The notes beneath the pieces were generated by a model that saw only the letters and a program-made list of their open reading frames with translations, was not told where the DNA came from and searched no databases. A program made the translations under genes and the position numbers. Below are positions 7,428-16,211 of a DNA stretch of 50,933 bases, piece after piece. The DNA comes from a virus (Duplodnaviria; Caudoviricetes), in the IMG/VR virus record IMGVR_UViG_3300020042_005652, positions 1-50,933 of that record; one strand, 5' to 3'. Numbering within the stretch: position 1 is the first letter of the stretch; every line of letters begins with the position of its first letter.

Positions 7428-8204
7428 TTAAAGATTATCAGATTCTTTTATTAGTTTTTCAATACGACATCTTAGATTATATGAAGTCTGCCCATAACTT
7501 TTTAATACCCTTTCTTGCAAATTATTTAACTCGTCTTCCAAACTAATATCAATTGACGATGGTTTACTCTCTCCACCTTTCCATTTAGACTTAGAATAAT
7601 CTTTTTCAATTTTATAAACCTTGTTATCAGCACCAACCATCTTATCAATGACACCATAAAATGGGAGAACAAACTTTCGTCCACCAACCTCACTATAAAA
7701 ATCCTTAGCATTATCACGACTTACAAACACATTAGTGTTTCCAATTTCATTTTGATACTCACCGGGTTTATTAGGGTCGGTACCAACCATTTTAAATGTC
7801 ATATATATTTCATCGTTATCACCACCAACAACTTCACCATAAACAATTGAATCTTGGTCAAACTTTTCACCAAGAGAAATTGCTGAGTCCAATGAAATAT
7901 TATTTACTATATAAGAATTTTCCAAACTACCATAAGAACCTTTGACCTTTCTATAACCATAACGGCCCGAAACCAAAATATCCTCAAGCTTTTCATTGGC
8001 TTCTTTGTTATATTGTTTACTTGCCTTTTCACCATAGGGGTTTTCACCAGTTAAAATGGAGATTGTCTTAATTGATTTTCTAATTCCTCCGCGAAGTATA
8101 TTTGCAACGGAAGAATATTTTGATTCATTCATTCTATCATCTGAAGATTCTGTTAAGATATTTTTATATAATTCAGCGATTGTAATTTGATCTTTTGTAG
8201 TCAT
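7428..8204 (-). CDS. late-promoter protein with DUF3293-like domain, possible internal virion protein
   Basis: TAAATA-N5-ATG at 8204; ILTGENP...GSYG..ENSY...GEKFDQDSI; N-terminal LYKNILTES. Confidence 0.6.
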   Translation of the reverse strand: MTTKDQITIAELYKNILTESSDDRMNESKYSSVANILRGGIRKSIKTISILTGENPYGEKASKQYNKEANEKLEDILVSGRYGYRKVKGSYGSLENSYIVNNISLDSAISLGEKFDQDSIVYGEVVGGDNDEIYMTFKMVGTDPNKPGEYQNEIGNTNVFVSRDNAKDFYSEVGGRKFVLPFYGVIDKMVGADNKVYKIEKDYSKSKWKGGESKPSSIDISLEDELNNLQERVLKSYGQTSYNLRCRIEKLIKESDNL

Positions 8205-8225
8205 GGTATTATTTATCAATTTAGA

Positions 8226-8717
8226 TTACTTATCCCCAAATTCTTCAGTGGCAAGGATGTTCTCCCGCTTAATTGTGAAGCATTCAGGCTTCTCCCCTGA
8301 AGTCATCTTGGCAGCATCAGAGGGAGTAAGATAGCTTGCAAATGTATCACGGTTAGTTGATTCTCCATTGACGAAGTAAAGCGTCTCACACTTGGAATCT
8401 GTCGGATATAATCTGATATATTCAGCTTCCTTATGTTCGATGATATATGGAAACACCTTCCATTGACCCCAAGGAAGTTCTTGAACATCTCCCCGTGTTC
8501 CTTCCTCAATGCCTTGTTGAACGCTTGAGAGATTGGCGAAATTGATACCAGCACGGCATACAGCGGATGTATGTTTTTCCAAGGTTATACCAGACTTCTT
8601 GTGCGCGGCAGCAGGAGTCGGATTGCTCTTCCATACGGCCTTAACAAATTGACCCTTGCTATTTAAGATACGATCCAAGATTTCTTGAGCCGTCAATGAT
8701 TGTGTCGTTGTCTTCAT
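8226..8717 (-). CDS. hypothetical protein
   Basis: motif-TACACT-N6-ATG, 163 aa. Confidence 0.8.
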   Translation of the reverse strand: MKTTTQSLTAQEILDRILNSKGQFVKAVWKSNPTPAAAHKKSGITLEKHTSAVCRAGINFANLSSVQQGIEEGTRGDVQELPWGQWKVFPYIIEHKEAEYIRLYPTDSKCETLYFVNGESTNRDTFASYLTPSDAAKMTSGEKPECFTIKRENILATEEFGDK

Positions 8718-8738
8718 GTCAGTAGTGTATTCTAGTTT

Positions 8739-8852
8739 TTAACCAATATAATTCGGATACCATAGATATCCAAGTAGTAGAGCAACTCCCCATAGAAAGT
8801 TTCCTGATATCATCAGCCAACACATTGTAATGAAAATAATTCCTGTTATCAT
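8739..8852 (-). CDS. small membrane peptide (37 aa)
   Basis: MITGIIFITMCWLMISGNFLWGVALLLGYLWYPNYIG*, stop inside motif. Confidence 0.5.
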   Translation of the reverse strand: MITGIIFITMCWLMISGNFLWGVALLLGYLWYPNYIG

Positions 8853-8853
8853 A

Positions 8854-8922
8854 TTAAAATTCCTCCCCTTCTTCGGTGGAGAGTTCCTTGTAGGAGTAGA
8901 GTTTCGTTTCGATTGTCGTCAT
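8854..8922 (-). pseudogene. 22-aa ORF, probably a truncated gene
   Basis: motif-CATAAT-N6-ATG then MTTIETKLYSYKELSTEEGEEF*. Confidence 0.35.
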
Positions 8923-8936
8923 GGCGTAATTATGGT

Positions 8937-9113
8937 TTAGTTTTTAAGAGCGAATGCTTCAGGATACGAATTCCATGCGGGATTCTTTTTCCGTAGGATT
9001 TCCAATTCTTCCAATGTCGGCTTGTTGTCCTGCTTTGCAATCCAATCAATGGCATGAAATCTTTCAGCGATTTTCCGTTGGGATTGGTAGAACATTTGTT
9101 GTTGTGTCTGCAT
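8937..9113 (-). CDS. hypothetical protein
   Basis: start 9113 by motif spacing; ends ALKN*. Confidence 0.7.
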   Translation of the reverse strand: MQTQQQMFYQSQRKIAERFHAIDWIAKQDNKPTLEELEILRKKNPAWNSYPEAFALKN

Positions 9114-9137
9114 GTCCAAATCTTAATCTAGTTTTTA

Positions 9138-9172
9138 AAAGAAGGGGTGGGAGGACTTGAACCTCCCACCCC
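9138..9172 (-). terminator. intrinsic terminator with tRNA T-loop-like loop
   Basis: GGGGTGGGAGG-TTCAAGT-CCTCCCACCCC-TTCTTTT. Confidence 0.8.
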
Positions 9173-9179
9173 AAATCTA

Positions 9180-10214
9180 TCATCCAGCGGTAAGAACCAT
9201 GTCACCCCGCTTGATAAGCTTCTCACGCTCCACAGGGTTCGCAAGGGCAGACACAAAGCTTCTCTTGTTCTCCATGCCCAATCCGAATTCAGCGGAGTAT
9301 GCCTTACGTCCAAGGTCTTTGTTCGATCCGCCAGTGCCATTGCCCCTAGTCCAGAATTCCGTTGCACCTTGGGCAAGGTAGAACATATTCCCACCACGAT
9401 TGCCGCTACCATTCCATGCCAGAGAGACGATTTCCGTCATCTGATTCAGAGAACGGGTGGAAAGCTTCTCATCGCTCTTGGTCTTGTCTGCAAGGTATCC
9501 AGCAACAAAGCGTTCAGCCTTGGAAAGATCGCATTCAATGGCATAGAGTTCCGCCATCTTCTCTTCAAATTGGCGACGACCAAGCAGAGTGTTATTAACA
9601 ATTTCTGCCATGTTATTGATACGGATGGATGCGTTCTTGGTATGAGAGATGCGAAATCCCTGATTGCCCCGCGATTCAAAGGAAGAGCGCAAAGTGTTTG
9701 CACATACAGTCCTATGCGTAGTATCATAGTAATTCGCGTTCTTCGTGCCATCATGGGAAGTGAAGAGAGAGAAGAATGCCTTACACTCGCTTCCGTCAGG
9801 AAGGTTGATATTCGACTCTCCATCAAATTCCACAGACACGAAGAAGTTCTTCAAACCAGAGAGAGTTCCCGCCGATACGATCTTGTAATTGATATCATTT
9901 AGAGCATCCTGAAGAGCATCAAAAAGCAATTCATTTTGAAGGATTTCATACTTGTCGGATGCGACATGAACAGGACGGAAATCCCCTTCGATATCATCGA
10001 TTTCCCTAAGATCAGCGACAATGGTTTTCCATCCTTCAAGAGGGACTTCCACCCCGTCGATGTTGACGTTAGCTTGTCCTTCCAGATAAGGAATGAACAA
10101 GGGTTTCAGAATCTCTTTGGTAAGAGGAGTCTGATGATTTTCATCAAGTGAGTGCCATGCGCGTTCGCCATAGGTGATTACCCGATCAGTTCCAATTTCA
10201 ATTTCGTGTGCCAT
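9180..10214 (-). CDS. DUF932/DUF945-family phage/plasmid protein
   Basis: MAHEIE..AWH.L, YEILQN, SAGTL, TSHDGT, RTVCANTL, HTKNA signature. Confidence 0.8.
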   Translation of the reverse strand: MAHEIEIGTDRVITYGERAWHSLDENHQTPLTKEILKPLFIPYLEGQANVNIDGVEVPLEGWKTIVADLREIDDIEGDFRPVHVASDKYEILQNELLFDALQDALNDINYKIVSAGTLSGLKNFFVSVEFDGESNINLPDGSECKAFFSLFTSHDGTKNANYYDTTHRTVCANTLRSSFESRGNQGFRISHTKNASIRINNMAEIVNNTLLGRRQFEEKMAELYAIECDLSKAERFVAGYLADKTKSDEKLSTRSLNQMTEIVSLAWNGSGNRGGNMFYLAQGATEFWTRGNGTGGSNKDLGRKAYSAEFGLGMENKRSFVSALANPVEREKLIKRGDMVLTAG

Positions 10215-10266
10215 TGTAGTAGTGTGTGTTGTTGTTTTTCGTTACGTCCAAATCTTAATCTAGTTT

Positions 10267-10539
10267 TTATCCTTCAATGCAATTTTCCTCAAATCGTTCT
10301 TTCACTTCATCCTGATTGATGGGAAGGAACGATGGCTTGCTACCTCTCTGCATATCGGTAATAGGATTTGCCCAATGATTAGATTCAGCCCTAAGATAGT
10401 GAAAAGATTTCTTGTTCCTTGCAATCACCTTTCCACTGAAAACATTGGTGGTGGGAATCCCATCCGTTTCAACAACGAATCGGGTGTTCTTTTGTTTGTC
10501 GATATCCAGCGGAATGAACATGTAGTATTGTTTGGTCAT
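10267..10539 (-). CDS. hypothetical protein
   Basis: bounded by motifs. Confidence 0.7.
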   Translation of the reverse strand: MTKQYYMFIPLDIDKQKNTRFVVETDGIPTTNVFSGKVIARNKKSFHYLRAESNHWANPITDMQRGSKPSFLPINQDEVKERFEENCIEG

Positions 10540-10560
10540 GGTGGGAGTATGCTCTAGTTT

Positions 10561-11013
10561 TTATTCGTTCCAATGCGAGGGGAATTCCTTCTCAAGCGTG
10601 GATTCCATATTGTAATACGATCCTTCCCCTTCTCCATTCAGATTGATATCCAGAAGATAATGGGCGGCAAATGTGATGGCTTTTTCCAGACTATCTTCGC
10701 GCCCAATCTCCACTTGATCATAGTCAGGTGGTTCCCAATACGATCCCCCATCACCTTGAACCACTTCGATGGAATAGCGATAGCGACCTTCAATGGGTTT
10801 TGGATCACCCAAGAGAGTGCGCTGAGACATAACCGGATCATCCAATTGGGGAACAAAGAAGAACATGTCATCTTCGGTCTTGTATGCATGTGGTTCCGCT
10901 TCCAATTCGTAATCGGTGTCGATCACCAGAGGGGACTTGAGAAATTTCAAGCAAAGTTCTTGGATGTTTAGGAATTCAAGTTCTTTGCGGCGTTGGGAGT
11001 AATCTTTCGTCAT
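10561..11013 (-). CDS. acidic hypothetical protein
   Basis: bounded by motifs; GSYWEPPD. Confidence 0.75.
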   Translation of the reverse strand: MTKDYSQRRKELEFLNIQELCLKFLKSPLVIDTDYELEAEPHAYKTEDDMFFFVPQLDDPVMSQRTLLGDPKPIEGRYRYSIEVVQGDGGSYWEPPDYDQVEIGREDSLEKAITFAAHYLLDINLNGEGEGSYYNMESTLEKEFPSHWNE

Positions 11014-11034
11014 GCCCTGATTGTGGTCTAGTTT

Positions 11035-11586
11035 TTAAAAGATGAAATCGCTTTTGTCCAGCTTCGTGATTGTGAATCCCTCTTCCACCCAAGTATTTCC
11101 AGAAAGATCATCCATATTTGATATCTCATCGTAATGTTCTTCAAAGAATGCCTTCACAGTATCGGGAATGTTTTCAGGAAATTCGATTCCCCATCCAGCG
11201 GTAACATAGTATTCGTTACCCTCAATTTCAATTAAGAAATCATCCTCATTATCCCGTTTCCAGTAGAATGATGCTTCCTCATTGATTTGTTCCACGGTAT
11301 CCCACAGTTCCTTATCAGTGAAGGGGAACTTGAGAAATTCAGGTCCGATTTCCACCTCACTGCCTTCCACAATGCTGCCAATCTCAATACCAATGATATC
11401 GGGATCGTCCAGAAGAGTTGGATCATTTGCTCCCTTGGATTCGTAAGAGACGTTGCGATCTTCAGTCAGAACCAAACGTGTCCACGGACCGCAATCAGTG
11501 TATTTATAAAGGGAACGACCAAATTTCCAGAAATTGTTGTCGTAATCGTCTGCACAGAGTTCTTTCGCGTTGTTGTATGTCTTCAT
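11035..11586 (-). CDS. acidic hypothetical protein
   Basis: bounded by motifs; YKYTDCGPW, IGSIVEGSE. Confidence 0.8.
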   Translation of the reverse strand: MKTYNNAKELCADDYDNNFWKFGRSLYKYTDCGPWTRLVLTEDRNVSYESKGANDPTLLDDPDIIGIEIGSIVEGSEVEIGPEFLKFPFTDKELWDTVEQINEEASFYWKRDNEDDFLIEIEGNEYYVTAGWGIEFPENIPDTVKAFFEEHYDEISNMDDLSGNTWVEEGFTITKLDKSDFIF

Positions 11587-11617
11587 GTTGTCAGTGTAGT
11601 CTAGTTTTTAATCCAAT

Positions 11618-11893
11618 CTACATATCGTGATAGATTGTGGTGTCTCTGATAACTGTTAGATTATCCATCAAACGGTTTTTCCATATCCTATCTCTTTCAC
11701 TCCCAACTTCTCTCACTACGTTTGTGATAATGTCTTGAAATGATGGATATTTGTCGTAATATCCAACATAATCCCCATAAAAACCATCGTATTGAATATC
11801 AATTTTCAATCCTTTTTTAAGTTCTCTTTCACGAACTGTGAATCCAAGTTCTTTTAATTGTTCCTTTGTCAAAGGTGTCATATTATTTTTCAT
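11618..11893 (-). CDS. hypothetical protein
   Basis: likely start MKNN/MTPL overlapping upstream stop. Confidence 0.6.
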   Translation of the reverse strand: MKNNMTPLTKEQLKELGFTVRERELKKGLKIDIQYDGFYGDYVGYYDKYPSFQDIITNVVREVGSERDRIWKNRLMDNLTVIRDTTIYHDM

Positions 11894-12137
11894 GATATCC
11901 ACTTGGGGAATGAATACATCCAAAACCGGATGCAGTGTTTCCACACCACCTACACTTGTTCTTACCACTACCATGCTTATGCTTCTTCACGGGACTAATG
12001 GTGCATCCCGATCCGTATCCTGTCTGCCCACAGAATTCACATTTCTTATCATCATCAAAATGCTCATGCTTTCCGTATGGGGAAGCGGGACAACCTAACC
12101 CATATGATTGGGATTGACAATATCTACATTGTGACAT
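11883..12137 (-). CDS. Cys/His-rich triple-repeat protein (putative Zn-binding)
   Basis: 3x CxxC-x5-GxGC-x2-SP-x3-H; TAAATA-N5-ATG. Confidence 0.75.
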   Translation of the reverse strand: MSQCRYCQSQSYGLGCPASPYGKHEHFDDDKKCEFCGQTGYGSGCTISPVKKHKHGSGKNKCRWCGNTASGFGCIHSPSGYHEK

Positions 12138-12160
12138 ATTATTATTTATTGATTTAAGCG

Positions 12161-12415
12161 TTACGAATATTTTTTAATTAAAGGATGTTGTAACACATTA
12201 TCATCAAACTTGATCCGCTTGTGCCATCCCCGAATGCGTTCTCCCTTGATATCATAGAAATGGGATATCCTACCGTTCGTAGTGTCAACCACATTGGAAA
12301 AGATATTAGCTGCTTTCTCCATACGCGATTGGTAATCCTTACCCAGAAACAGGCGATAGTGAATTTTCCAGAAGGTGGACTTGATCAGGTTGATTGTTGG
12401 ATTGAATAGCTTCAT
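12161..12415 (-). CDS. hypothetical protein
   Basis: motif-TACACT-N9-ATG. Confidence 0.7.
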   Translation of the reverse strand: MKLFNPTINLIKSTFWKIHYRLFLGKDYQSRMEKAANIFSNVVDTTNGRISHFYDIKGERIRGWHKRIKFDDNVLQHPLIKKYS

Positions 12416-12432
12416 TGTGGTATCAGTGTATT

Positions 12433-12666
12433 CTAGTTTTTAAGCGATTCCATCCACGTAAACCATTTCGTAATCATATATCTATCAGATATCAATTCAT
12501 CGTGTAGGTTAATTCTAACCATGATCGTGTCAAAGTTCCAAAATACATCATGTAATAATGCACCATGACAGAATTCCTTTTCAAATGAATTGATATTCTC
12601 ATCGATCAGATCATCCCAATCTTTCAACGTATTGATGAATTTGTTCATCATATCAGATTGTAACAT
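12433..12666 (-). CDS. hypothetical protein
   Basis: ends SLKN* in motif. Confidence 0.65.
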   Translation of the reverse strand: MLQSDMMNKFINTLKDWDDLIDENINSFEKEFCHGALLHDVFWNFDTIMVRINLHDELISDRYMITKWFTWMESLKN

Positions 12667-12695
12667 TATATCTATTAAAATGAAGCAAGTAATTG

Positions 12696-13157
12696 TTAGT
12701 CCAAGATTCCCTCTTGGACTTCATAGATATTGGACGGCTTGCCTCGTTTTCCAGCGGGATTTTCCACCTTGCCTACCACGCTTGCCTTTCCCATCTTGAT
12801 TAGGGTTTGAAGGAAACCGTTTACATAGACGGTATCCACTCCCAGCTTTTCACTCAGTTCCTTCACGGTTGTTTTCATATTATTATTGTATTCTAGTTTT
12901 TGTTTTACTTTGAGATAGAAATTTGTCCCACCAATGTTTCGGAAGAACGCTGTATCATTTTCCACTGATTCCGGTTCTTGGTCTGTCCAGATAAATTGAT
13001 CTTCCTGATCATCGTCTTCCGGTGCTTGTTCAAATACTATTTTATACTGTTCGTCGCCAATGTCAATAATCTTTGCGTCCTCTCCAGTGGAATTTTTCCA
13101 ATAGGAGATTTCCAGAGGCTTGCCGAGAAGGGCTTGGGGATTAAATGTTTTGTTCAT
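12696..13157 (-). CDS. two-cassette fusion: acidic N-domain plus winged-HTH (internal start 12878)
   Basis: internal motif CAAAAACTAGAA-TACAAT-N6-ATG; TVKELSEKLGVD...RGKPSNIY wHTH pattern. Confidence 0.75.
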   Translation of the reverse strand: MNKTFNPQALLGKPLEISYWKNSTGEDAKIIDIGDEQYKIVFEQAPEDDDQEDQFIWTDQEPESVENDTAFFRNIGGTNFYLKVKQKLEYNNNMKTTVKELSEKLGVDTVYVNGFLQTLIKMGKASVVGKVENPAGKRGKPSNIYEVQEGILD

Positions 13158-13174
13158 GCTTTGTATTCTAATTT

Positions 13175-13429
13175 TTATTTTACAATCTTAAGCTTGCTTA
13201 CGTCAACACCGAACTTAGCAGCAATGTCATCTAACGTCAGCTCAAGTGGTTTGGTGAGAGTGTTGAACTCTTTTTCTGATAGATACTTACCATCAACATA
13301 CCATACTTTATATCCATCAGCAAATTCAACTGCTGGTCCATCAAGCCGATGAAGAATGGTCATCGATTTGTCTTTGTAGTAACGCTTGCAGCCGTTTTCA
13401 TCAATTTGAATGTATTGTGCTTCTTGCAT
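13175..13429 (-). CDS. HRLDGPA-repeat protein, 1 repeat
   Basis: shared N-cap and C-cap ELTLDDIAAKFGVDVSKLKIVK. Confidence 0.85.
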   Translation of the reverse strand: MQEAQYIQIDENGCKRYYKDKSMTILHRLDGPAVEFADGYKVWYVDGKYLSEKEFNTLTKPLELTLDDIAAKFGVDVSKLKIVK

Positions 13430-13450
13430 GTTTTTATTGTATTCTAGTTT

Positions 13451-13912
13451 TTATTTTACAATCTTAAGCTTGCTTACGTCAACGCCGAACTTAGCAGCAA
13501 TGTCTTCTAGCGTCAGCTCAAGTGGTTCTGACAGAGTGTTGAACTCTTGTTCTGATAGATACTTACCATCAACAAACCATGCTTTACGTCCATCAGCACC
13601 TTCAACTGCTGGCCCATCAAGCCGATGACGCTTATCATCAACCCACCATTCTTTACGTCCATCAGCCCATTCAATTGCTGCCCCATCAAGCCGATGACAT
13701 TTACCATCGACCCACCATTCTTTACGTCCATCAGCACCTTCAATTGCTGGTTCATCTAGACGATGACGTTTACCATCGACAAACCATACTTTACTTCCAT
13801 TGGCATATTCAACGGCTGGTCCATCTAGACGATGACGAATAGTCATGGCTTTGTCTTTAAAGTAAAACTTATTACCATCTCTATCGATTCGAATATATTG
13901 TTTTTCTTGCAT
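13451..13912 (-). CDS. HRLDGPA-repeat protein, 4 repeats
   Basis: 23-aa tandem repeats with caps. Confidence 0.9.
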   Translation of the reverse strand: MQEKQYIRIDRDGNKFYFKDKAMTIRHRLDGPAVEYANGSKVWFVDGKRHRLDEPAIEGADGRKEWWVDGKCHRLDGAAIEWADGRKEWWVDDKRHRLDGPAVEGADGRKAWFVDGKYLSEQEFNTLSEPLELTLEDIAAKFGVDVSKLKIVK

Positions 13913-13975
13913 GTTTTTATTGTATTCTAGTTTTTATCAGAAAGCGAAAACCCCTTGGTCTTGCTCAGAGATAAT

Positions 13976-14539
13976 TCACTCGCTGATAGTTCTTGTGATT
14001 ATCTGGCAATTCTTGGGATTCGGTAGATCATCAAATTCCTCCACGGTGTTACTGTCAATGATCATAAGCAGAACCTTCAGGAATTCGCCATGAGATAAGA
14101 TAATAATATTCTCGTCCTTAAAATTATTCTTGAGATATTCCAGAAAGACGAATGCCCTTTGATAAACATCGGCAAACGATTCACCTCCCGTTGGGCGACG
14201 ATAGAAATCAAATAGGTGTTTACGCTCTCCCCGTGTTTTGAATTGCTCCACTTCATCCCGTAGATTTCCCCATTCACGTTCACGTATAAGGGCATTGAAA
14301 AACATGATACAGTCATCATCAATGTATGTTTTGATTATGTTTGCGGTTTCAACTGCTCGCACATATGGACTGGATATGATAATGGGATCATTGACAATAT
14401 ATTTCAAATCTTTGCCAACCTTCTCAGCCTGTTTCTTACCTTCCTCTGTTAGATTGATTTTCCAATCAGGCATTATATTATACGCTTCGGCATTTTCATT
14501 GCCTATTGAGCGTCCATGTCTAATTAAATATAATTTCAT
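13976..14539 (-). CDS. histidine phosphatase (phosphoglycerate mutase family)
   Basis: LIRHG, SSPYVRAVETA, REREWG, GGES, LSHG motifs. Confidence 0.92.
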   Translation of the reverse strand: MKLYLIRHGRSIGNENAEAYNIMPDWKINLTEEGKKQAEKVGKDLKYIVNDPIIISSPYVRAVETANIIKTYIDDDCIMFFNALIREREWGNLRDEVEQFKTRGERKHLFDFYRRPTGGESFADVYQRAFVFLEYLKNNFKDENIIILSHGEFLKVLLMIIDSNTVEEFDDLPNPKNCQIITRTISE

Positions 14540-14577
14540 AATAATATTAATATCATTTAATTTTGATATATCTTTTA

Positions 14578-15534
14578 TTACACTAATTCCTCATGTAAAT
14601 TTCGATACTCCTGTATGATCTTCCATACAGCGGCAGCACCCCTACCAAACTTCTGCATCTTACCCTCTCCGACAAGCTCCCGAAGGAGAATCTCAGCGGT
14701 TTGACCAGACACCCCAAGCTTATCACTGATACTATCCAGAGTCAAGTGGGGAGGCTCATCCATGTTTAGGATTTCTTCCTTGCGAACATCGGCAGCAGGA
14801 GTCTTGTCTTTCTTAGTCTTCTCCTCTTCCACGGGAGCAACGTAAGCACCCTTGAAGTCAAAGCCATTGGAAGTCATCATTGCCATATGAATCTTGGTTT
14901 CCCCAAAGCGATTCTTATACACATGGAAGAGACGCATGGTATCATCCTCCTTATCCACCGTGACTTTCATGTTCACATCCACAGCATGGATGATATCAGT
15001 TCCACCCTTGGGCAGTCCTTGAGTGGTGATATGGAGAACAAACACCAGAACGCATCCGGTTTCCTTAGCAGTCGATAGAAGCAAATCTTGTGCGTATTGG
15101 TAGAACTCCCGCTTCTTCATTTTAGAATTGGAGGAACGAAGGGCTTGGAAGCTATCCACAACCATGAAATCGTAATCAGACATGGCTTCCGCAATATCCT
15201 CAACATTGCTGATATGCGCCACATCCACATCCGTAACACCTAAACGCTTGCAAGCATAAGCAATTTGGAAGTGAGATTCCTCACCGGATGCAATGGCAGC
15301 TTTCTTACCTTGAGTGGTAAGCATCTGAGCAATTAAACAATTTAGAGTACTTTTACCTGAGCCCGCTGTACCCGTCATCGCAATCGTGCTTCCCGGCATG
15401 AAACCAGAAAGATGTTCAGTGCCAAACATCAGGTCAATCTCAGGACATCCCGTATTCATCCGATTGAAATAGGAATCGGGAATCTCGATTGAGGAGCATT
15501 TTGTAAATTTGGTTTCAAGTGTTGATAAATTCAT
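14578..15534 (-). CDS. RadA/Sms-like RecA-superfamily ATPase with C-terminal wHTH
   Basis: TG.PEID, Walker A GTAGSGKST, SGEES, VVDSFQ, H.VD, KNRFG. Confidence 0.85.
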   Translation of the reverse strand: MNLSTLETKFTKCSSIEIPDSYFNRMNTGCPEIDLMFGTEHLSGFMPGSTIAMTGTAGSGKSTLNCLIAQMLTTQGKKAAIASGEESHFQIAYACKRLGVTDVDVAHISNVEDIAEAMSDYDFMVVDSFQALRSSNSKMKKREFYQYAQDLLLSTAKETGCVLVFVLHITTQGLPKGGTDIIHAVDVNMKVTVDKEDDTMRLFHVYKNRFGETKIHMAMMTSNGFDFKGAYVAPVEEEKTKKDKTPAADVRKEEILNMDEPPHLTLDSISDKLGVSGQTAEILLRELVGEGKMQKFGRGAAAVWKIIQEYRNLHEELV

Positions 15535-15589
15535 AACGACAATAGAATATCCTAGTTTTTAATTAATGTTTTGCCTGTGTCCCAAGAGT

Positions 15590-15751
15590 TCAGCCTTCTT
15601 GGGATTGATCGATCCCTGCGATGATTTTATCTGCAAGTCTGATCGCATTATTCTTGGTGAGACATAGGAAACGATGCGTCATCCTGCTTTTATCATTGAA
15701 GATAATAACAGGGTAAAATCCAATTTTTGTTTTACGGTAGGATGCTTTCAT
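15590..15751 (-). CDS. hypothetical 53-aa protein
   Basis: motif-TATATT-N7-ATG; MKASYRKTKIGFYPVIIF. Confidence 0.55.
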   Translation of the reverse strand: MKASYRKTKIGFYPVIIFNDKSRMTHRFLCLTKNNAIRLADKIIAGIDQSQEG

Positions 15752-15785
15752 GAAGTTCAATATATTCTAGTTTTTAAGAACAATC

Positions 15786-16211
15786 TTATTCCTTACCATA
15801 AGCTGACTTATCGGCATCCACTCCGAAATCAATCCCACCATCCTCATAACCCAGACGGTAGAACTCGTTAGAGAGATCTTTCATCACATCACGAATTTCT
15901 TTCATGTTATCCTCATTACAAAGTCCCCTCTCATACAATACAGTTAGGGCTGTTTCAATCTTCATGTTTTCTTTTTTTATTTTTTCGTCGTTAATATTTA
16001 TTATAATTTTACCATTATCCATCACCATCATTCCTCGATCCATCATATCATCAATGGTTGTATTGAACATATCAGTTCCATCCCATTTATCAAGGACTTC
16101 TTTGGGTTGATGGGGATAGGACATGATCACCCCCACCGTTCCTATCTCCGTAAGAGACAATCGCCCATCAAACAATTCAATTGGTAATATAATTTCTTTA
16201 CTCATAATCAA
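15786..16211 (-). CDS. hypothetical protein
   Basis: ORF in tightly packed operon. Confidence 0.65.
   Translation of the reverse strand: MIMSKEIILPIELFDGRLSLTEIGTVGVIMSYPHQPKEVLDKWDGTDMFNTTIDDMMDRGMMVMDNGKIIININDEKIKKENMKIETALTVLYERGLCNEDNMKEIRDVMKDLSNEFYRLGYEDGGIDFGVDADKSAYGKE

Noticed and set aside
9147-9902. 251-aa plus-strand ORF and other long antisense ORFs (e.g. 40694-41410, 46972-47508)
   Set aside because: Antisense to well-supported genes, no motifs or promoter.
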